Of a stretch of DNA of 64,000 bases, positions 12,331 to 22,200 are shown in pieces. Source of the DNA: Eledone cirrhosa (lineage: Eukaryota); NCBI GenBank assembly GCA_964016885.1, contig CAXHJY010001691.1, positions 1 to 64,000 of the forward strand. Direction: 5' to 3'. The translations under genes were made by a program, and so were the position numbers. Numbering within the stretch: position 1 is the first letter of the stretch; every line of letters starts with the position of its first letter. Under the pieces are notes generated by a model. The model saw only the letters and a program-made list of their open reading frames with translations. It did not search any database and was not told the origin of the DNA.

Positions 12331-12519
12331 ATTTTACATTTTTTTAAACTACAATATGAACAGATGCTTCGTGAGTTCAAATCTGCTGGTGGCATTTCAT
12401 TTTTATTTTCAAATAGAATATTTTATTGTACAGTGCCTTAGTTTACCAAACTGTCAGAAATAGATGTCTGATCAATTTAGGAATATGCATTCTCAGAGGG
12501 TTTAATTAAGCAGTTGAGA

Positions 12520-12712
12520 CTATGAGACAGCACACCAGTTCATTGCTGCGCTGTCCCCAGTTGCTGCTGGTCCTAATTTTCAGTTCAGTGAACTGGAGCA
12601 ATGGGAAGTGAAGTGCCTTTTTCAAGGTTATAATGTGTCACTTTGTCTGCAAATGAAACCTACAGGCTTATGACTGTGAACCCAACACTCTAACCACTAG
12701 GCTATGCATCTT
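12520..12712 (-). mobile_element. Decayed CORE-type SINE
   Basis: GAACTGGAGCAATG…AAGTGCCTTTTTCAAGG…CTAACCACTAGGC, the same motifs as family A reversed. Confidence 0.65.
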
Positions 12713-12869
12713 GGCAGACCATATGCTTTCAATTGTAATTTAATACCAACAAATGATCATTAAGATTCCAGACCACCTTCACTTACTAACTGGGGTAGAG
12801 CTCATTAAATTGGTCCAAGGAAACAATCTTTCTATCGGTCTTTCCATTGATGATACTATCTGCTCACAG

Positions 12870-12992
12870 AAGAAACAACGTGAAATAAAGTGTCATGCTC
12901 AAAAACATAATGCATCACCTGGTTTAAGAATCAAACTTTCAACTTCCCGATTGCAAGTCCAAATCTCTAATCACTAAGCCATGTGCCTTCAC
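12870..12992 (-). mobile_element. SINE family A head fragment
   Basis: GTGAAATAAAGTGTCATGCTCAAA…CGATTGCAAG…CACTAAGCCATGTGCCT matches 1939-2049. Confidence 0.8.
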
Positions 12993-13257
12993 TATATATT
13001 ATAATACAACTTAATACCACTCATTATAAAATACTGAAATTTGAATGTGAAATGTTGTCTATATAAGTAATGCTAGTTTAAGAACCCATGACAAATGTTT
13101 CATATATGCAGCCAAAATTATTTTATTGGCATAAATATACCATCGTTGATATCTAACAATGCTATTTAATTTTTTTACCAATGATTGTCTTAGTTCTTTC
13201 ATATTTTTTATATATCATATATCATTTTTTTTTTATTGACATGTAGACAAATTTCTT

Positions 13258-13876
13258 ATATACACTTACACCTCTCCAAGACAATGTCACTGGACCGAGA
13301 TCTTTGGCACTACACAGTTATACAGAAGACCCGCCTTGCCTAAGTACAAAGCGAAACCTACAGTCAGTAGGCACCTCTAACAAAAATACACCCCGTCCCA
13401 CTACCCCCACCCCATCCACACCACCCCCTTAAATGTGAAGTTATGTTGGTACCACAACATCCAGTCCGAAACAAATGAGGTCGTGTAGGTGTCACAACAA
13501 AAAAAACACACAGTCCACGCTGTAATGTGGCCGTGTAGGTAACACGGTAAAAACCTCCCAGTCCACACTGTAAACGTGATTGGTGTGGGGAAGGGCACCC
13601 AGCCGTAGAAAACCCATCAGACGTGTAGGTATCACGACAAAAAAACACACAGTCCATGCTGTAATGTGGCCATGTAGGTAACACGGTAAAAACCTCCCAG
13701 TCCACACTGTAAATGTGGTTGGTGTTAGGAAGGGCATCCAGCCGTAGAAAACCCGCCAGACAGTCCTATACGAGCAGGACAACCAATCTTGCCTCAAGTG
13801 GGAAAACTCCCGTCCAAACCCATGCAAGCGTAGAAGATGGACGTTAAACGACAATGATGATGATGATGATGATGAG
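13258..13876 (+). mobile_element. 3' end of RTE LINE (same subfamily as 9872-11687) with duplicated 3' UTR block
   Basis: CACTTACACCTCTCCAAGACAATGTCACTGGACCGAGA… matches the reverse complement of 10261-10345. ~140-bp tandem duplication (13482-13615 and 13622-13754). (TGA)n tail. Confidence 0.92.
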
Positions 13877-14365
13877 TTCTATATGTTTATTATATGCTTT
13901 TAATTATTTTGCTTCTCTATTTTCTCTTTTCATATCTTATTCATCTAATTAAAATGCATTCAGAATTTATGCCACATCTAAATTTTCTTTGTTGGTAATT
14001 GCTTTTTAAACTTATTTCACTTTATTACATTTTTCAATATTGTGTAATTTTGTCTGAAATATTCTCTCAGGCATTTCACAGATTTCTCTCATTATAAAGA
14101 AAATCAAATGTTGAAAAAGACTAAATTTCTGCTGTTTTTCTTGTTGTTTAACTCTAAGTCACCATTGAGTTAGTCAGCTTATGATTAAAGTTGTTCAAGC
14201 TGTGACCATCCTGTTTTTTTTTTTATATATCTACAACATTCTCCAATATGTTCCTTCTTTCTCTTTTAAAATTTTAGTGAATTGGCTGCTATTTCCACTA
14301 GGTTGAGTGACCACATGGAGGATCTCTAAATTACTCTCTCTAAATTACACTCACTCGGGCTATAC

Positions 14366-14553
14366 ATAATTGTTTCTACTTTAGGCACAACGCCACCAAT
14401 TACCCAGTGCATTACTGGTACTTTATTTTATCGACCCCGTAAGGATGAAAGGCAAAGTCAACCTCGGCGGGATTTGAACTCAGATCGTAAAGGGACGTAA
14501 CTATGCTGGAAAGCATGGCGTCCGACCCTCTACCGATACTGCCAATCCACCAC
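14366..14553 (-). mobile_element. SINE family B, uninterrupted copy
   Basis: Minus strand reads TGGCAGTATCGGTAG (A-box-like)…GATC TGAGTTCAAATCCCG (B box)…GCCTTTCATCCTTACGGGGTCGATAAAATAAAGTACCAG. Confidence 0.9.
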
Positions 14554-14723
14554 ATAATACTTGCTGTTAGCCTATAAAAATTACACTTGTTTCATTCAAT
14601 ATGTCCCTTCTTTTTCTTTTAAAATGTTAGGCTGCTATTTCCAATAGGTTGAGTGACCACATGGAGGATCTCTAAATTATTCTCACCAAACTCGTACTTT
14701 GTATAGTACCTGTATAGTCTATA

Positions 14724-14932
14724 ATAATTGTTTCTACTTTAAGCACAAGGCCAGCAATTTGAAGATGGAGGGGGTCAATTAAATCGACCCCAGTACTTAC
14801 TGGTGCTTTATTTTATTGACTGCGTAAGGATGAAAGGCAAAGCTAACTTCAGTAGGATTTTAACTCAGAATGTGAAGGTCCATATCTCTATGCCACAAAG
14901 ACTGTTTTCTGACACTCTACTGATACTGCCAA
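14724..14932 (-). mobile_element. SINE family B, diverged copy
   Basis: Collinear with 14366-14553. Confidence 0.85.
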
Positions 14933-14999
14933 ATAATTCCAATTGTCTCATTCAACTAATTCCAAGTAAAATACTAATTTCATTTTCTTGTCCTTTTAG

Positions 15000-15154
15000 G
15001 TTCCTGAACTCCAACAGCTTTGGACAGCTTGCTGTGATGATACACCTTATAATTGCTACACCAGCTGTCAGGTTCTATTAAATTTGGTATATTCCAAAGA
15101 TGCAGATTACTCTTATATACTCAATGGTCTACTCAATATTATACCTTCAGCCAA
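15000..15154 (+). CDS. FOCAD: Focadhesin coding exon (155 bp, phase 0-2)
   Basis: Acceptor cattttcttgtccttttAG and donor GTAAGT. Translation VPELQQLWTACCDDTPYNCYTSCQVLLNLVYSKDADYSYILNGLLNIIPSA aligns without gaps to the recalled human FOCAD segment TPALNLLWEKCCSDNVVVRTACCEGLVALVAQDHAEFSYVLNGILNLIPST. Confidence 0.85.
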
Positions 15155-15324
15155 GTAAGTACCTTTTATGTCTTCAATTGATGATTTGAAATGGTAGACA
15201 CAGCTTTAATTGAAGTATTTTCATATTTTATTATAAAATGAAACTGTAGAAGACCTTACTAATGATAAATGAAGACTTGGAATAGAATTGCTATAACAGA
15301 TGTTATTGCTAGAATATCCAAAGT

Positions 15325-15550
15325 CTTGTTAGGCCAGTGCTTATCCTGGTTTTGGGGCATGAAGTGACTGAGAGTACAAGGCACCCCCTGGACAGGATGC
15401 CAGTCCATCGCAGAGTTAAATCCCAGCTATTGCTGGTACTCTACTCATTTTCAGCTGAGTATACTGGAGCAATGTAAAATTAAATGTTTTGCTCAAGAAC
15501 ACAACAAGCAACCCAGTCCAGCACCCTTACCACAAGGTCACGTGCCTCCG
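15325..15550 (-). mobile_element. CORE-type SINE copy
   Basis: CAGCTGAGTATACTGGAGCAATG…TTGCTCAAGAACACAAC…ACCACAAGGTCACGTGCCTCC. Confidence 0.75.
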
Positions 15551-16093
15551 ACTAAATTAAAATGTCCAGTCTTCAGTGATGTAACAATGCTTAAAAGTAT
15601 ATATGTAATTTCAAAGATATTTTCTGACATTGGCCTTTGATTGTTTGGAAGGCATTCTTTGTATCAGTTAATTTGCACTGCAGCTGATTTAATTGACTTT
15701 CACCCCCAATTGTTGGCGTTGTGCCTAAATCAAAAACCATCATGGTCATTTCCATGGTGTACTGTTACTTGTGTCATGCTGTAATATATATATATATTAC
15801 CACAGATGGCACTACACAGTCTAGATCCACCTTCTCTTCCTCACAAAAAAACTTTTAAAGAATAATTTTGCTACTGTTGCTCACTTACACGTACCCCCCC
15901 CCCCCACACACACACACAAACCCTTACAGGCATATACCCAAGTTATACCCTAACATCTAAATCGACTTGTATTATCAGCCTCAACAATGCTTCTCAAAGT
16001 TATCCCAAAGATGTTAGTCACAATTCAGCAAGTCTGCAATATAGCCAAGACTGAGTGAACCCTCTGTTGGAATATTATATATATATATATATA

Positions 16094-16214
16094 ATAATTG
16101 TTTCTACTTTTGGCACAAGGCCAGCAATTACCCAGTACATTACTGGTACTTTATTTTATCGACCCTGTAAGGATGAAAGGCAAAGTTAACCTCGGCGGGA
16201 TTTGAACTCAGATC
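16094..16214 (-). mobile_element. SINE family B, body/B-box half (interrupted at GATC)
   Basis: Matches 14366-14486 and stops at …TTTGAACTCAGATC, exactly where the array begins. Confidence 0.93.
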
Positions 16215-19200
16215 TTTCCCATTCTTCTCTGCTAAAATGTATCACTAGAGCTGATTCCAATTTTCCCAGCCAGCCATCCATCTAATCTACGAAGGTATTT
16301 TAGCCTACATATTGTCGTTAATATTATGATGTTCCCTGCTGTATTAGCGTTAAATTTTCCCTGCTGTATTAGCGATAAATTTTCGAGGGTTTCTCTTAGT
16401 AGTTTTTTTCATGACGTTATTATTGTTAATTTTACTGATGTAGTATTAACTTATTAACTTGGATATTTACCATGCGGTATTCTAATCCTATTGTATCTCT
16501 CTCAGTTATTTACCATGCGACCCTCAGTTCCTACCCTCCCCCCCCTCTCTATGCACTTCTTTAAGGCTTACTACCCTGTCTTTAACCTAATTCATTCAAT
16601 CTGAAAATATTGAAGAGATAAGACACTTTCCCATTCTTCTCTGCTAAAATGTATCACTAGAGCTGATTCCAATTTTCCCAGCCAGCCATCCATCTAATCT
16701 ACGAAGGTATTTTAGCCTACATATTGTCGTTAATATTATGATGTTCCCTGCTGTATTAGCGTTAAATTTTCCCTGCTGTATTAGCGATAAATTTTCGAGG
16801 GTTTCTCTTAGTAGTTTTTTTCATGACGTTATTATTGTTAATTTTACTGATGTAGTATTAACTTGGATATTTACCATGCGGTATTCTAATCCTATTGTAT
16901 CTCTCTCAGTTATTTACCATGCGACCCTCAGTTCCTACCCTCCCCCCCTCTCTATGCACTTCTTTGAGGCTTACTACCCTGTCTTTAACCTAATTCATTC
17001 AATCTGAAAATATTGAAGAGATAAGACACTTTCCCATTCTTCTCTGCTAAAATGTATCACTAGAGCTGATTCCAATTTTCCCAGCCAGCCATCCATCTAA
17101 TCTACGAAGGTATTTTAGCCTACATATTGTCGTTAATATTATGATGTTCCCTGCTGTATTAGCGTTAAATTTTCCCTGCTGTATTAGCGATAAATTTTCG
17201 AGGGTTTCTCTTAGTAGTTTTTTTCATGACGTTATTATTGTTAATTTTACTGATGTAGTATTAACTTATTAACTTGGATATTTACCATGCGGTATTCTAA
17301 TCCTATTGTATCTCTCTCAGTTATTTACCATGCGACCCTCAGTTCCTACCCTCCCCCCTCTCTATGCACTTCTTTAAGGCTTACTACCCTGTCTTTAACC
17401 TAATTCATTCAATCTGAAAATATTGAAGAGATAAGACACTTTCCCATTCTTCTCTGCTAAAATGTATCACTAGAGCTGATTCCAATTTTCCCAGCCAGCC
17501 ATCCATCTAATCTACGAAGGTATTTTAGCCTACATATTGTCGTTAATATTATGATGTTCCCTGCTGTATTAGCGTTAAATTTTCCCTGCTGTATTAGCGA
17601 TAAATTTTCGAGGGTTTCTCTTAGTAGTTTTTTTCATGACGTTATTATTGTTAATTTTACTGATGTAGTTTTAACTTATTAACTTGGATATTTACCATGC
17701 GGTATTCTAATCCTATTGTATCTCTCTCAGTTATTTACCATGTGACCCTCAGTTCCTACCCTCCCCCCCTCTCTATGCACTTCTTTAAGGCTTACTACCC
17801 TGTCTTTAACCTAATTCATTCAATCTGAAAATATTGAAGAGATAAGACACTTTCCCATTCTTCTCTGCTAAAATGTATCACTAGAGCTGATTCCAATTTT
17901 CCCAGCCAGCCATCCATCTAATCTACGAAGGTATTTTAGCCTACATATTGTCGTTAATATTATGATGTTCCCTGCTGTATTAGCGTTAAATTTTCCCTGC
18001 TGTATTAGCGATAAATTTTCGAGGGTTTCTCTTAGTAGTTTTTTTCATGACGTTATTATTGTTAATTTTACTGATGTAGTATTAACTTATTAACTTGGAT
18101 ATTTACCATGCGGTATTCTAATCCTATTGTATCTCTCTCAGTTATTTACCATGCGAGCCTCAGTTCCTACCCCCCCCTCTCTATGCACTTCTTTAAGGCT
18201 TACTACCCTGTCTTTAACCTAATTCATTCAATCTGAAAATATTGAAGAGATAAGACACTTTCCCATTCTTCTCTGCTAAAATGTATCACTAGAGCTGATT
18301 CCAATTTTCCCAGCCAGCCATCCATCTAATCTACGAAGGTATTTTAGCCTACATATTGTCGTTAATATTATGATGTTCCCTGCTGTATTAGCGTTAAATT
18401 TTCCCTGCTGTATTAGCGATAAATTTTCGAGGGTTTCTCTTAGTAGTTTTTTTCATGACGTTATTATTGTTAATTTTACTGATGTAGTATTAACTTATTA
18501 ACTTGGATATTTACCATGCGGTATTCTAATCCCATTGTATCTCTCTCAGTTATTTACCATGCGACCCTCAGTTCCTACCCTCCCCCCTCTCTATGCACTT
18601 CTTTAAGGCTTACTACCCTGTCTTTAACCTAATTCATTCAATCTGAAAATATTGAAGAGATAAGACACTTTCCCATTCTTCTCTGCTAAAATGTATCACT
18701 AGAGCTGATTCCAATTTTCCCAGCCAGCCATCCATCTAATCTACGAAGGTATTTTAGCCTACATATTGTCGTTAATATTATGATGTTCCCTGCTGTATTA
18801 GCGTTAAATTTTCCCTGCTGTATTAGCGATAAATTTTCGAGGGTTTCTCTTAGTAGTTTTTTTCATGACGTTATTATTGTTAATTTTACTGATGTAGTAT
18901 TAACTTATTAACTTGGATATTTACCATGCGGTATTCTAATCCTATTGTATCTCTCTCAGTTATTTACCATGCGACCCTCAGTTCCTACCCTCCCTCCCCC
19001 CCCCTCTCTATGCACTTCTTTAAGGCTTACTACCCTGTCTTTAACCTAATTCATTCAATCTGAAAATATTGAAGAGATAAGACACTTTCCCATTCTTCTC
19101 TGCTAAAATGTATCACTAGAGCTGATTCCAATTTTCCCAGCCAGCCATCCATCTAATCTACGAAGGTATTTTAGCCTACATATTGTCGTTAATATTATGA

Positions 19201-22200
19201 TGTTCCCTGCTGTATTAGCGTTAAATTTTCCCTGCTGTATTAGCGATAAATTTTCGAGGGTTTCTCTTAGTAGTTTTTTTCATGACGTTATTATTGTTAA
19301 TTTTACTGATGTAGTATTAACTTATTAACTTGGATATTTACCATGCGGTATTCTAATCCTATTGTATCTCTCTCAGTTATTTACCATGCGACCCTCAGTT
19401 CCTACCCTCCCCCCTCTCTATGCACTTCTTTAAGGCTTACTACCCTGTCTTTAACCTAATTCATTCAATCTGAATATATTGAAGAGATAAGACACTTTCC
19501 CATTCTTCTCTGCTAAAATGTATCACTAGAGCTGATTCCAATTTTCCCAGCCAGCCAGCCATCTAATCTACGAAGGTATTTTAGCCTACATATTGTCGTT
19601 AATATTATGATGTTCCCTGCTGTATTAGCGTTAAATTTTCCCTGCTGTATTAGCGATAAATTTTCGAGGGTTTCTCTTAGTAGTTTTTTTCATGACGTTA
19701 TTATTGTTAATTTTACTGATGTAGTATTAACTTATTAACTTGGATATTTACCATGCGGTATTCTAATCCTATTGTATCTCTCTCAGTTATTTACCATGCG
19801 ACCCTCAGTTCCTACCCCCCCCTCTCTATGCACTTCTTTAAGGCTTACTACCCTGTCTTTAACCTAATTCATTCAATCTGAAAATATTGAAGAGATAAGA
19901 CACTTTCCCATTCTTCTCTGCTAAAATGTATCACTAGAGCTGATTCCAATTTTCCCAGCCAGCCATCCATCTAATCTACGAAGGTATTTTAGCCTACATA
20001 TTGTCGTTAATATTATGATGTTCCCTGCTGTATTAGCGTTAAATTTTCCCTGCTGTATTAGCGATAAATTTTCGAGGGTTTCTCTTAGTAGTTTTTTTCA
20101 TGACGTTATTATTGTTAATTTTACTGATGTAGTATTAACTTATTAACTTGGATATTTACCATGCGGTATTCTAATCCTATTGTATCTCTCTCAGTTATTT
20201 ACCATGCGACCCTCAGTTCCTACCCTCCCCCCCCCCCTCTCTATGCACTTCTTTAAGGCTTACTACCCTGTCTTTAACCTAATTCATTCAATCTGAAAAT
20301 ATTGAAGAGATAAGACACTTTCCCATTCTTCTCTGCTAAAATGTATCACTAGAGCTGATTCCAATTTTCCCAGCCAGCCATCCATCTAATCTACGAAGGT
20401 ATTTTAGCCTACATATTGTCGTTAATATTATGATGTTCCCTGCTGTATTAGCGTTAAATTTTCCCTGCTGTATTAGCGATAAATTTTCGAGGGTTTCTCT
20501 TAGTAGTTTTTTTCATGACGTTATTATTGTTAATTTTACTGATGTAGTATTAACTTATTAACTTGGATATTTACCATGCGGTATTCTAATCCTATTGTAT
20601 CTCTCTCAGTTATTTACCATGCGACCCTCAGTTCCTACCCTCCCCCCTCTCTATGCACTTCTTTAAGGCTTACTACCCTGTCTTTAACCTAATTCATTCA
20701 ATCTGAAAATATTGAAGAGATAAGACACTTTCCCATTCTTCTCTGCTAAAATGTATCACTAGAGCTGATTCCAATTTTCCCAGCCAGCCATCCATCTAAT
20801 CTACGAAGGTATTTTAGCCTACATATTGTCGTTAATATTATGATGTTCCCTGCTGTATTAGCGTTAAATTTTCCCTGCTGTATTAGCGATAAATTTTCGA
20901 GGGTTTCTCTTAGTAGTTTTTTTCATGACGTTATTATTGTTAATTTTACTGATGTAGTATTAACTTATTAACTTGGATATTTACCATGCGGTATTCTAAT
21001 CCTATTGTATCTCTCTCAGTTATTTACCATGCGACCCTCAGTTCCTACCCTCCCCCCCCCCTCTCTATGCACTTCTTTAAGGCTTACTACCCTGTCTTTA
21101 ACCTAATTCATTCAATCTGAAAATATTGAAGAGATAAGACACTTTCCCATTCTTCTCTGCTAAAATGTATCACTAGAGCTGATTCCAATTTTCCCAGCCA
21201 GCCATCCATCTAATCTACGAAGGTATTTTAGCCTACATATTGTCGTTAATATTATGATGTTCCCTGCTGTATTAGCGTTAAATTTTCCCTGCTGTATTAG
21301 CGATAAATTTTCGAGGGTTTCTCTTAGTAGTTTTTTTCATGACGTTATTATTGTTAATTTTACTGATGTAGTATTAACTTATTAACTTGGATATTTACCA
21401 TGCGGTATTCTAATCCTATTGTATCTCTCTCAGTTATTTACCATGCGACCCTCAGTTCCTACCCTCCCCCCTCTCTATGCACTTCTTTAAGGCTTACTAC
21501 CCTGTCTTTAACCTAATTCTTTCAATCTGAATATATTGAAGAGATAAGACACTTTCCCATTCTTCTCTGCTAAAATGTATCACTAGAGCTGATTCCAATT
21601 TTCCCAGCCAGCCAGCCATCTAATCTACGAAGGTATTTTAGCCTACATATTGTCGTTAATATTATGATGTTCCCTGCTGTATTAGCGTTAAATTTTCCCT
21701 GCTGTATTAGCGATAAATTTTCGAGGGTTTCTCTTAGTAGTTTTTTTCATGACGTTATTATTGTTAATTTTACTGATGTAGTATTAACTTATTAACTTGG
21801 ATATTTACCATGCGGTATTCTAATCCTATTGTATCTCTCTCAGTTATTTACCATGCGACCCTCAGTTCCTACCCCCCCCCCTCTCTATGCACTTCTTTAA
21901 GGCTTACTACCCTGTCTTTAACCTAATTCATTCAATCTGAAAATATTGAAGAGATAAGACACTTTCCCATTCTTCTCTGCTAAAATGTATCACTAGAGCT
22001 GATTCCAATTTTCCCAGCCAGCCATCCATCTAATCTACGAAGGTATTTTAGCCTACATATTGTCGTTAATATTATGATGTTCCCTGCTGTATTAGCGTTA
22101 AATTTTCCCTGCTGTATTAGCGATAAATTTTCGAGGGTTTCTCTTAGTAGTTTTTTTCATGACGTTATTATTGTTAATTTTACTGATGTAGTATTAACTT

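Noticed and set aside
14803-15081. 92-aa ORF overlapping the exon
   Set aside because: It starts in SINE sequence and is in a different frame from the FOCAD-like exon.
16738-17007. 89-aa ORF as a protein-coding gene
   Set aside because: It is open only because unit 2 lacks the 8-bp duplication, and it has no recognisable domain.
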